Position numbers and translations under genes: made by a program. DNA of 24,405 nt from Planctomycetota bacterium (GTDB lineage: Bacteria; Planctomycetota; B15-G4; JADJEK01), in NCBI GenBank assembly GCA_044225365.1, contig JBGAIQ010000074.1, forward strand, positions 1-24,405, read 5' to 3'. Positions 16,485 through 24,405 of this stretch are shown here, piece by piece (position 1 is the stretch's first letter; each line of letters begins with the position of its first letter). The notes below the pieces were generated by a model that saw nothing but the letters and a program-made list of their open reading frames with translations, had not been told where the DNA came from and searched no databases.

Positions 16485-18449
16485 TCAGGGTCCGCCGATC
16501 GCTTTGGACTTGACGATGTTGCTGAGTTTGACGGTTGCGATGCTGTAGGCCGGCGGGTCGACGGTCAACACTTGCGTGAAGATGATGGTACCGTTCGGCA
16601 CGCCCGAGATCGGCACCGTCAACGAGCCGAGGCCGGCCGCGTTCGTCTTTCCGACTGCGAACGAGCCCAGGTAGATCAGGAATTCCTGGCCGTTGAACAT
16701 CAGCGTGTTGGGGGTGAGCGAGTAGTTGAAGAGCGTGACCTGATTCGGCGCGCCTCCCCATGACCACTTGACGATGGATCCATCAATGAGGAGGGGAGGA
16801 CCGTCCATCTCGAGCGGTTCCGTCACCTTGTAAGTAAGCGTGATCGGCGCGCTGGTGCCCACGGAATTGGTCACGGTGACGTCGACGTCGCCGAGCGCAA
16901 TCGGGTTCGGAGGGTCGAACTTGATCGTGCACGGGTCGATGATCTGGAAGCCATCCGGCGGGTTGGTGAGCTGCTTCGTGCCGACGGTCACGATCGTCGC
17001 GGATGAGAATCCGGTTCCGGTGAGCGTGACGAGCTTCTCACCGAAGGCTTCGACCGAGGTTGGCGAAATGGAAGTGATCTTCGGCGCCTTCGGCGGCGGC
17101 GGAGGCGGGGCTGTCGTCGGATCGAACCCATCGCAACAGAGCGAACCGAGATCGAGCGGATCGAGCCACTGCGCTACCAGGGTGTTGGACCAGAAATACT
17201 GAAGGCGCCCGTAGTAGCACGTGCAGTAGTCGAGGGGAGGACCGCCGGTCAAAGCGCCGCGGACGAGATTGTTCTCATCGAAGAGCGGCGAGCCCGAACT
17301 GCCGGGATACCACCCACCGTTCTGAAAGTGAATGTCCCAGCACTGGACATAGGCATTGATGGGGTCGCCGAAGTACTCGGTGGTCTGGCCACCGCCATTG
17401 CCGTCGATCGAGATCTTCTTCGGGCCACCGCTCGGGTGGTGCATTCCCATGCCAAAGGTCGGGTTCGTCGACTGACGATTCCATCCCGCAAAGTACGGGT
17501 TGTAGCTGGAGGGGATCGCTGCTTCGATTCTCAGCAACCGGTTGTCGGAGTAGGTGCCGCCAGCGAGAGCCGTGGCGCCGGAGACTGTTTGGCCGGTGGG
17601 CGCGTCGTTGGTGTTGCATCCCGAGTTCTGATAGTTGAAGCGGAACACGGTCGTGCTTCCCTGGCTGCAGTGTTGCGCGGTGTAGACGTAGGGCGTGCCG
17701 TCGTTCGCAGTGTTGTTGATCAACGTCGCCGAACAGAGAGTCCCTTCGAACGCCGTGCGTACCACCGCGCGTTTTTGATTCGGGAACGGATCGCCTTCAG
17801 GGCAATTCACGTCGATCGTATCGCACGCGCTCTTGTATCCGCCGGGTGGTCCACGCTCGATTTCATCCAATTGGCGTTCGAGGTCGAACACGTTCTTGTA
17901 GTCGTAGATCACGGAGCGGATCACGATATTGCCTACACTCGTGGCCGAGAGCGGCTGACTATATTCGAGGATTGCGGTGTCACCCGGGAATGGCTCGATG
18001 ACGAATTCACCGGTGCTGGGAATCTCGTTGACCGCTTCGTAGGCGCCGAACACGTTCTTTAGGTGCTCGTCGTACACATAGAGTTGGCCGCCTCGTGGCA
18101 ACTCGAACCGCGAGAATTCGAAGCCGAGGCTATGCGCGCCCAGGGCCTTCACCTGGACTCGGAACACTACCCGGTCGTCCGGCGTGACTTCATAAGCACC
18201 GTCCGAGGTCAAGTCGATGTAGATCGGGAGGACCACGCCGAATCGCAAGGGACCGATTCGCGGCGTGAGATCCTCGTGCCGCAGGCGGGCGACGTCCGGC
18301 GCCGGCACGTCGAACTGCGTGGCGGGCACGAGCGGGTACTGCGAACCCTGCGGCGTTCCGGGAAACCGCACCTGAGCAGAAGCGGTTTGCGCCGACACGA
18401 TTGCCGCGGCGACGAGAGCAAGTTCGACGAATCGAGACGTGCGGATCAT
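16485..18449 (-). CDS. Secreted lysyl-endopeptidase-like (Achromobacter protease I-type, S1) serine protease with propeptide, Pro linker, IPT domain and C-terminal domain
   Basis: GGAGG upstream of ATG 18449 and signal peptide ending ASA/Q. C.IDVNCPEG, CSATLINNTANDGTPYVYTAQHC (His), SDNRLL (Asp), YFAGW, HHPSGGPKKIS, PGSSGSPLFD (Ser), YYGRL, WLDP; then PPPPPP and PKITSISP...VTLTGTGFS. Confidence 0.9.
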   Translation of the reverse strand: MIRTSRFVELALVAAAIVSAQTASAQVRFPGTPQGSQYPLVPATQFDVPAPDVARLRHEDLTPRIGPLRFGVVLPIYIDLTSDGAYEVTPDDRVVFRVQVKALGAHSLGFEFSRFELPRGGQLYVYDEHLKNVFGAYEAVNEIPSTGEFVIEPFPGDTAILEYSQPLSATSVGNIVIRSVIYDYKNVFDLERQLDEIERGPPGGYKSACDTIDVNCPEGDPFPNQKRAVVRTAFEGTLCSATLINNTANDGTPYVYTAQHCSQGSTTVFRFNYQNSGCNTNDAPTGQTVSGATALAGGTYSDNRLLRIEAAIPSSYNPYFAGWNRQSTNPTFGMGMHHPSGGPKKISIDGNGGGQTTEYFGDPINAYVQCWDIHFQNGGWYPGSSGSPLFDENNLVRGALTGGPPLDYCTCYYGRLQYFWSNTLVAQWLDPLDLGSLCCDGFDPTTAPPPPPPKAPKITSISPTSVEAFGEKLVTLTGTGFSSATIVTVGTKQLTNPPDGFQIIDPCTIKFDPPNPIALGDVDVTVTNSVGTSAPITLTYKVTEPLEMDGPPLLIDGSIVKWSWGGAPNQVTLFNYSLTPNTLMFNGQEFLIYLGSFAVGKTNAAGLGSLTVPISGVPNGTIIFTQVLTVDPPAYSIATVKLSNIVKSKAIGGP

Positions 18450-18580
18450 TGGGATCGATTCCTCCGAGTGTGGACCGACGAAATTCGGAACCGGGAGCCG
18501 GGAAGCCAGGACCGAGCGGCGCAGGATGGGGTCCGATCCGAGCGAGCGAAGCCTGCCGAGAGGGCGACGCCCGTCCACCG

Positions 18581-18615
18581 AGACGCGGTTTCCTTTCGAG
18601 CGACGCAAGGGTCTC
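18581..18615 (-). promoter_or_regulatory. Shared 35-bp upstream motif, copy 2
   Basis: Minus strand GAGACCCTTGCGTCGCTCGAAAGGAAACCGCGTCT, about 132 nt upstream of ATG 18449. Confidence 0.7.
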
Positions 18616-18821
18616 CGCGCTTTTTCGTGCGCGCGTCACCCGGGCCAGCGAAGGATCTTTCGTCCTCTGGACGCAAGGTACCCGGCAGAGCCTTGTGCGG
18701 CGAGGTGGCGAGATCCCCGAGATCACTAGCGCAGCGTCGCAGAGGGCGGGGAGGCGGCTCGGGCGCTGAAGCACTGCGGTGGCGCCGGCGAAGCGAGCCA
18801 AATTCGATGGTGTCGAGCCCG

Positions 18822-18871
18822 AAAATGCCGCAACCTCTTGCCGGCTGCGAAGCCATGCGAGAGGTTGCGAC
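18822..18871 (-). terminator. Probable terminator downstream of tRNA-Asp
   Basis: Minus strand GTCGCAACCTCTCGC...GCAAGAGGTTGCGGC stem followed by ATTTT, starting about 8 nt after the CCA. Confidence 0.6.
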
Positions 18872-18879
18872 GTATGAAG

Positions 18880-18957
18880 TGGCGAGAGTGACGGGACTTG
18901 AACCCGCGACCTCCAGCGTGACAGGCTGGCGCTCTAAACCAACTGAGCTACACCCCC
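18880..18957 (-). tRNA. tRNA-Asp (anticodon GTC)
   Basis: GGGGGTG/CACTCTC acceptor stem, G discriminator and encoded CCA; D arm GCTC-AGTTGGTTTA-GAGC; anticodon arm CCAGC-CTGTCAC-GCTGG; T arm GCGGG-TTCAAGT-CCCGT. Confidence 0.97.
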
Positions 18958-19067
18958 GCGTGTTGTTCGCACGAAGAAGCGGGGCGGAATCTTAAGCGTA
19001 CCGTGGGATCGGATGGAAGAGGGAAGCCGCCAAATCGCGGATTCTCGTCGCCTGCGGCGGAATCGAC

Positions 19068-19934
19068 TCAGCGGCCGAGAGGCAGGGAGATGACGATGCG
19101 GCGATGGTGGTCGTCGTCGTGGATCTCGAAGGTCGCGCGATGGGCGTCGAGGAATGGGCGAACGGTGCGCATCCAATCGCGGTCGGATTCGGGGTCGCTC
19201 GGCTGTTCGTGCGGTGGGCCGTCGATCGAGATGCGCAGGCGATGACCTTGCGGCTGCGCGGAGGCAACGAGGGTGGCGGAATCGAGCCCGCTCGTCATCC
19301 ACTCGGCCGCGCTGAGGAGGATCTCGGCGAACGCAATCTCGTCGATCGCGACCTTGCGGTCGCCGCGGCGAGTCGGGGTGACGCCGATGCGGATGGCGAG
19401 GCGATCGCGTCCGTGGCGGCGCAGCCGGCGGGCCGCGCACGCGAGGAGGTCGCGCGGCGCGAACGAAACGCCGAGGACGGCTTGCCGCGGCCGGCGGCTC
19501 GCTCGCGGGTTCGGGGCAGTGCCGATGCGTCGGCGTGGCGTCGGATCGGAATCCTCCTCGGCGTCGAGGATGAGGAGTTCGAGGGGATCGGGTTCGCCGA
19601 GATCGACTCGGATCGGTTCGGCGACGAGCCGCACGAGGGGCTCCTGATCCGCGGAAAGGAGGTAGACGTTCTTCGCGGGGTTCGAATCGACGCCGCGGCG
19701 GATGATCGTGAGCGACATCGCGGCGGCATCGATCTGCTCGACTCGGAGCGATTTTCGGGCGGCGGCGTTGATCAGCGCGACCTTCCCGCGCTGGTGTCGT
19801 ACGAGCACCCCGACGGGCAACGCTTCCGCAAGGAGTTCCGCACCCGCGCGGAGCGCGTCGGTGCGGGACGAGTTCGTGGACGGAGCGTCCAAGCGTGTGA
19901 TGTCTTTGGGTGCGAAATCGAGCGGGTGCTTCAC
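19068..19934 (-). CDS. PAS-like domain protein with a degenerate histidine-kinase-like ATPase C-terminus
   Basis: LLAEALPVGVLVRHQRGKVALINAAARKSL is a PAS N-terminal pattern. The C-terminus VRPFLDAHRATFEIHDDDHHRRIVISLP echoes the HATPase_c ending. GGAG precedes GTG 19934 (alternative TTG 19946). Confidence 0.65.
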   Translation of the reverse strand: MKHPLDFAPKDITRLDAPSTNSSRTDALRAGAELLAEALPVGVLVRHQRGKVALINAAARKSLRVEQIDAAAMSLTIIRRGVDSNPAKNVYLLSADQEPLVRLVAEPIRVDLGEPDPLELLILDAEEDSDPTPRRRIGTAPNPRASRRPRQAVLGVSFAPRDLLACAARRLRRHGRDRLAIRIGVTPTRRGDRKVAIDEIAFAEILLSAAEWMTSGLDSATLVASAQPQGHRLRISIDGPPHEQPSDPESDRDWMRTVRPFLDAHRATFEIHDDDHHRRIVISLPLGR

Positions 19935-20094
19935 CGAGGACTCCAAAGTGGCAGTCCTCGTTTCGTCCGTTCTTTTTCGAACCCTTTAACGCGATACGTG
20001 CGGTGGTACGGAGTCTTCGAGCGTCACGAAGTTCGCGTTCTTGAGTCGCTCGTCGACATCGTCGTGCGGCGCTTCGACGCAGTCGGAAAGGGCG

Positions 20095-21192
20095 TCAGCG
20101 CGGCCCCTTCCAGTCGGCGATGAAGATGTCGGTCTCGCCCTTTCGCTTGCCTCCGCGATTGCTCGCAAATGCGATCTTCTTGCCGTCCGGCGAGATCATC
20201 GGGAAGCCGTCGAACTCGGCGGCATAGGTCACGCGAACCGGGTCTCCGCCGGCGACGGCGACCATGTAGATGTCGAACTCGCGGCCCTTCGGATCGTCGA
20301 GGTTCGACGAGAAGAGTAGATGCTTGCCGTCGGGCGTGAAGAACGGGCAGAAGTTCGCCTTGCCGTTGTTCGTGATCTGCCGCTTGTTCGAACCATCCGC
20401 ATTCATGACGTACAACTCGAGTGCGCGGGGTTCGATGAGGCCCTTGCCGAGGAGTTGCTTGTACCGATCCTTCGCTTCCTGGGTGGTCGGGTGCGACGCG
20501 CGGTAGCAGATCTGCTTCGAATCCGGCGAGAAGAAGGCGCCGCCGTCGTAGCCGAGTTCGTCGGTGAGACGCTTCACATCGCTGCCGTCGAGGTTCATCG
20601 TGTACAGCTCGAGGTCGCCGTCGCGCGTCGAAGTGAAGACGATCTTCTTGCCGTCGGGGCTGACCGTCGCTTCGGCGTCGTAGCCCGGCGAATCGGTGAG
20701 GCGCTTCAGGTTCTTGCCGTCGATGTCGGCTTCGAAGATGTCGTAGTCGGAGTAGATCGCCCAGACGTAGCCTTGGCTGCGATCGGGCGGCGGCGGGCAG
20801 GACGCATTGGCGACGTGGGTGGAGGCGAACAGGATGCGCTTGTCACCCGGGAGGTAGTACGAGCACGTGCAGCGGCCCGTGCCGGTGCTGACGAGCGTAC
20901 GCTCCGAACCGTCGAGCTTCATCGTGTAGATCTGGTCGCATTGGAGGCCACCGGACGTCGTCTGGAAGATCAGGTGGGTCGAATCGAACGAGAAGTACGC
21001 CTCGGCGTTCTCGCCCTCGAACGTGAGCTGATGGAGATTCGCGAGCATGGTCTCGCGAGGATCGAGAAGGTCCGCGGCGGGTGCTTTGTCCTTCGCGTCC
21101 TTGGCCGTGTCGGCGTTTCCGCCTTGCGTTGCGGCGGGGGCCTGGAAGAGCGAGAGAGCGAGGACGGTGGTGGAGAGAATCGGTTCGAGCAT
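20095..21192 (-). CDS. Secreted TolB-like PD40 beta-propeller protein
   Basis: Signal peptide; QLTFEGENAEAYFS, YDAEATVSPDGKKIVFTSTRDGDLELYTM, YDGGAFFSPD, NFCPFFTPDG, FDGFPMISPDGKKIAFASNR. No tol-pal neighbours, so it is not called tolB. Confidence 0.9.
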   Translation of the reverse strand: MLEPILSTTVLALSLFQAPAATQGGNADTAKDAKDKAPAADLLDPRETMLANLHQLTFEGENAEAYFSFDSTHLIFQTTSGGLQCDQIYTMKLDGSERTLVSTGTGRCTCSYYLPGDKRILFASTHVANASCPPPPDRSQGYVWAIYSDYDIFEADIDGKNLKRLTDSPGYDAEATVSPDGKKIVFTSTRDGDLELYTMNLDGSDVKRLTDELGYDGGAFFSPDSKQICYRASHPTTQEAKDRYKQLLGKGLIEPRALELYVMNADGSNKRQITNNGKANFCPFFTPDGKHLLFSSNLDDPKGREFDIYMVAVAGGDPVRVTYAAEFDGFPMISPDGKKIAFASNRGGKRKGETDIFIADWKGPR

Positions 21193-21352
21193 GGGATCTT
21201 CGGAGGTTGGCCATCTGCCGCACGCTCACCTTCGGGGTCGAGTGCAGCAGGGGTGGCGTCGATGGGAGAAACGCCCAGCAGGTTACCGGAAACCGAAGAA
21301 AGCGCGATGGCCCAACCTCGTGGGAGATTCCTCGGTTCGCGAAGAGTCGGAT

Positions 21353-22114
21353 TCAGCGAACCTGGAGGGGGGCGAGCGCCGCCTTCAATTCCTCGAGGTA
21401 CTTCTTCGCAGCAGCCACGTTCTGATCGGGAATCGCCGAACTCTCCGACTTGATCGTGGCCGACAGGTCGTCCACTTCGTCGAGGTGGCGTTGGTATTCG
21501 GCGATCGACGCCTGGATCTCCGCGATCTTCGAACTGCGAGCCTCGGGTGTGAGCGCCTGGTCGCGCTTCGTGCTCTCGAGTTCCTTGATCATGACCTGCT
21601 GCGATTCGTCGAGGCGCTGACGGAGGGAGGCGCTGTCGAATCCGCGGGTATCGCTCATCAAGGCGACGGACATCGCTCGCTGAACGTGCGCGAGAGCCTG
21701 TTCGAATTCGGCGACGGACTGGAAGCCGTGGAGCTTCACGAACTCGGCGCTGCGGGCGACGGAGTTGGTGATTCCGACTCCGACCGTGATCGTGCGCCCC
21801 GCGGTCTTCGGGTCCGCCGGGGGTAGTTGACGCGCGAATTCGAGGCGAAGGTCCTTGAGCGCACCGATCACGCGTTCGACCAGGTCATCGTTGAGAAGGT
21901 AGGGCGGGTTCTTTGCTCGCTCGTGCTCGGATTTCGAGTTCGGAACCAATCCGTCCTCGTCCTCGTCCGACTTGCTGCACGCCGCGACGGTGAGGGCGAG
22001 CGCGCTCGCCGCGACGAGGAGACGGAAGCACCCAGGCCGCGAGTGGAGACCGCGCGCTATCGACGCCGCGCGGACGAACTTGGGACGGAATGAGAACATG
22101 CTCGCGGACTCCAT
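21353..22114 (-). CDS. Hypothetical helical/coiled-coil lipoprotein
   Basis: C-terminal part of the 501-aa track ORF: LLVAASALALTVAAC lipobox, then charged helical sequence. Start at 22114 or 22099; the upstream part of that ORF is antisense to the SDR. Confidence 0.75.
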   Translation of the reverse strand: MESASMFSFRPKFVRAASIARGLHSRPGCFRLLVAASALALTVAACSKSDEDEDGLVPNSKSEHERAKNPPYLLNDDLVERVIGALKDLRLEFARQLPPADPKTAGRTITVGVGITNSVARSAEFVKLHGFQSVAEFEQALAHVQRAMSVALMSDTRGFDSASLRQRLDESQQVMIKELESTKRDQALTPEARSSKIAEIQASIAEYQRHLDEVDDLSATIKSESSAIPDQNVAAAKKYLEELKAALAPLQVR

Positions 22115-22243
22115 GACCGGTTCACGACGGGATCGATTGCCGTCGCGGCGCGTTCGAGGGTTAGCATCTTTCGCGCCGGATCGTATCCTCCTCGCTTTGC
22201 GTTCGAAGTTCCATCCTTTCTCCCGAACCCTGCCGAGTCCGCG

Positions 22244-23050
22244 ATGCTCCAATCGAATACGTTTGCGGAGAAGGTGTGCCTCGTCACCGGTGGCGGAACG
22301 GGCCTTGGCCTCGAAGTGAGCCGAGGGTTCCTCGCCCTCGGCGCGCGCGCGGTGGTCGTAGCGAGCCGCGATGCGGCGCATCACGCGGCGATCGTGGAGG
22401 AAGGGAAGGGCCGGGTCGAGAGCGCGGTGGTCGATGTTCGCGAGCCGGATCGACTGCATGAACTCTGCGACGGGATCCGCGCCCGCCACGGCGGGCTCGA
22501 CGTCTGTATCGCCAATGCCGCAGGCAACTTCGTCGTTCCGTCGCTTCGGCTCAAATCGAAGGCGTGGCGCGCCGTGATCGATATCGCGCTCTCGGGCGCG
22601 TTCTACACCTGTCAAGCCGCCGGGAAGGCGATGGTGAAGTCGGGCCGGGGTGGGGCGATCGTCACGATCGGCGCCACGTATGCCTGGACCGGGATGCCCG
22701 GGGTGGTCCATTCTGCTGCGGCGAAGGCGGGCGTTCTCGCCATCACGCGGACGCTCGCCGTCGAATGGGCGCAATACGGGATCCGCGTGAATTGCGTCGC
22801 GCCGGGTCCATTCCACAGTGAAGGCGCTCAACGGAATCTGTGGCCCGACGACGAGCATCTTCGCGCGATCGAGCGATCGATTCCGCTCGGTCGTCTCGCC
22901 GATGCGAAAGAAGTCGCACAGTCCGTCCTCTTCCTGGCGTCACCCGCCGCGTCCTACATCACCGGCGACTGCCTGGTCATGGACGGCGGCCATTGGCTCG
23001 GCAAAGGGCTTCACGGCGACCCCCGCGTCACCCATCGCGACAATTCATGA
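22244..23050 (+). CDS. SDR oxidoreductase, 2,4-dienoyl-CoA reductase-like
   Basis: TGGGTGLG, NAAGNF, IGATYAWTG.PGVVHSAAAKAGV (His in place of the catalytic Tyr, as in DECR-like SDRs), LAVEWAQYGIRVNCVAPG, IPLGR, YITGDCLVMDGG. Confidence 0.9.
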   Translation: MLQSNTFAEKVCLVTGGGTGLGLEVSRGFLALGARAVVVASRDAAHHAAIVEEGKGRVESAVVDVREPDRLHELCDGIRARHGGLDVCIANAAGNFVVPSLRLKSKAWRAVIDIALSGAFYTCQAAGKAMVKSGRGGAIVTIGATYAWTGMPGVVHSAAAKAGVLAITRTLAVEWAQYGIRVNCVAPGPFHSEGAQRNLWPDDEHLRAIERSIPLGRLADAKEVAQSVLFLASPAASYITGDCLVMDGGHWLGKGLHGDPRVTHRDNS

Positions 23051-23059
23051 AGTGACAAT

Positions 23060-23194
23060 GGCGGCGGCGGACGCGGTCCGTAACCGCCAAAGCGGCGGCG
23101 GCGGCTGCGATCCGTAACCGCCAAAGCGGCGGCGGCGGCTGCGATCCGTAACCGCCAGAGTGGCGGCGGCGGCTGCGATCCGTAACCGCCGAAT
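23060..23194. repeat. Four tandem 34-bp imperfect palindromes (REP-like) between convergent genes
   Basis: Core GGCGGCGGCGG(CTGCGAT/ACGCGGT)CCGTAACCGCC starting at 23060, 23094, 23128 and 23162, with 4-5 nt linkers AAAGC, AAAGC, AGAGT, GAAT. Confidence 0.9.
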
Positions 23195-23208
23195 GGCGCG
23201 GGAAGGGC

Positions 23209-24165
23209 TTACTTGTCGGCGGGACGGACTTCGGGCGGGGCGTTCGCGGCGGCTTCGAGGGTGAGGTAGACGAGGCGCGCGATCCGCTCGAACTTGACCT
23301 TGACGATCTTGTCCGGCGTGTCGGTCGGCTTGTGATAGTCCTCGTGGTCCTCGACGCCGAAGTAGAGGTAAGGGATCTTGGCGTCGGCGAAGGGGCCATG
23401 ATCGGACGAGTCGCGCCATTCGACGTCGTGTGTGACGTCGAGCGTGAGCGACTCCTGCGGCGCCGCCGAGTGCGCGAGCGCGAAGAGAGTGGGGCAATCC
23501 TTCGCGCCGCTCACGCACACGTGATCGAGATCGCCGCGGCTCACCATATCGAGGTTGATCATCGCGACGATCTGTTTCTTCTCGACCGTCGGATGCTCCG
23601 CAAAGTACTTGCTACCAAGAAGCCCGATCTCCTCACCGTCGAAGATCGCGAAGAGGAGCGAGCGCTTGGGGGCGCCCGATTCCTTGAACGCGCGGGCGAT
23701 TTCGATGAGCGCCGCGCATCCCGACGCATTGTCGTCCGCGCCGTAGTAGATCTTCTCCTTGCCCTTCTCGCCGCGCTTCCCGAGATGGTCGTGATGCGCG
23801 CCCACGACGATGTACTCGTCCTTCAGTTTCTCATCGGAACCGGGTAGGAGACCGACGACGTTCTCGAGCTGCAGCTTGCGCTTGCCCTCGAATCCCTGAC
23901 GAAACCCGTCGCTGCCCTTCGGCGAGAGACCGATCGCCTTGAACTGCTCTTCGATCCACGCGATCGCCTTCTTGTCGCCCGGAGTACCGGCGCCCCGGCC
24001 TTCGAATTCCTTGCTCGCCAGTTTCTCGACATCGCTCACGAGACGATCCGCCGTGATGAGCGCGCGCCCGCTCTTGGCGACGGACTTCGCAGCCTCGTCG
24101 TCACGGGCGAAGGCGAAGAGCGCGCAGAGCGCCGGGAGTACGAGGAAGAAGCGCGAGGACTTCAT
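23209..24165 (-). CDS. Secreted M28 family metallopeptidase
   Basis: Signal peptide; FEGRGAGTPG, NVVGLLPG, GAHHDHLG, GADDNASG, FDGEEIGLLGS, NLDMV, SDHGPF, YHKPTD metal-ligand motifs. Confidence 0.93.
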   Translation of the reverse strand: MKSSRFFLVLPALCALFAFARDDEAAKSVAKSGRALITADRLVSDVEKLASKEFEGRGAGTPGDKKAIAWIEEQFKAIGLSPKGSDGFRQGFEGKRKLQLENVVGLLPGSDEKLKDEYIVVGAHHDHLGKRGEKGKEKIYYGADDNASGCAALIEIARAFKESGAPKRSLLFAIFDGEEIGLLGSKYFAEHPTVEKKQIVAMINLDMVSRGDLDHVCVSGAKDCPTLFALAHSAAPQESLTLDVTHDVEWRDSSDHGPFADAKIPYLYFGVEDHEDYHKPTDTPDKIVKVKFERIARLVYLTLEAAANAPPEVRPADK

Positions 24166-24272
24166 CGGTAGGTTCCTTCTCGAATGCGTGGATCGCGATC
24201 TTCACGGGGCGCGGCGATTGTGCGAAGATGCGATTCGCACGACGTCAGCACGCTGCTCACGGGAAATCAACC

Positions 24273-24405
24273 ATGTACGCGCCACGGACTCGCAGTCGTC
24301 TTGGGATTCGTGTTCTCACGCTGAGCTCTTGTTTCGTCTCGTCGCTCGCCCTCGCGCAGTCGCCGCAGTTCATTGCCTCGCCGTCGCAACCCGGAGTGTG
24401 GCTCC
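24273..24405 (+). CDS. 5' end of a probable secreted protein (truncated by the window edge)
   Basis: ATG 24273 gives MYAPRTRSRLGIRVLTLSSCFVSSLALAQSPQFIASPSQPGVWL, with a signal-peptide-like ALA/Q and an open frame to the end. Confidence 0.55.
   Translation, partial: MYAPRTRSRLGIRVLTLSSCFVSSLALAQSPQFIASPSQPGVWL

Noticed and set aside
18705-18957. Genomic island or prophage integrated at tRNA-Asp
   Set aside because: No integrase or phage structural genes. The only echo of the tRNA 3' end I noticed is 9 bp (GTGGCGAGA at 18705), compatible with chance.
20095-21192. Assigning the symbol tolB
   Set aside because: It lacks the TolB N-terminal domain and has no tolQRA/pal context.
23060-23194. 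CRISPR array
   Set aside because: Linkers are only 4-5 nt, so there are no spacers, and no cas genes are present.

Overview
GC-rich bacterial chromosomal window, probably from a planctomycete (inferred from the ECF sigma/Ser-Thr kinase-WD40 pair and the secreted protein repertoire). It is dominated by exported proteins. In order: tricorn-type protease (5' part, running off the left edge), small membrane protein, DUF3300 (frameshifted) and DUF2950, two divergent putative lipoproteins, lectin-like/PNGase F-like fusion, ECF sigma factor, kinase-WD40, then a minus-strand cluster of lysyl-endopeptidase-like protease, IPT/TIG protein (frameshifted) and a collagen/tail-fibre-like protein with a Peptidase_G2-like C-terminus. 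After these come tRNA-Asp(GTC), a PAS plus degenerate ATPase-domain protein, a TolB-like propeller, a lipoprotein, a dienoyl-CoA-reductase-like SDR, a 34-bp palindromic tandem repeat, an M28 peptidase and the start of another secreted protein. The best candidate for an undescribed system is the minus-strand cluster: a coupled anchor-plus-fibre gene pair and a protease that share a C-terminal domain and a 35-bp upstream motif (30/35 identical, ECF-promoter-like), lying next to a kinase-type ECF sigma module. All family calls come from motif recognition by eye, not database searches.
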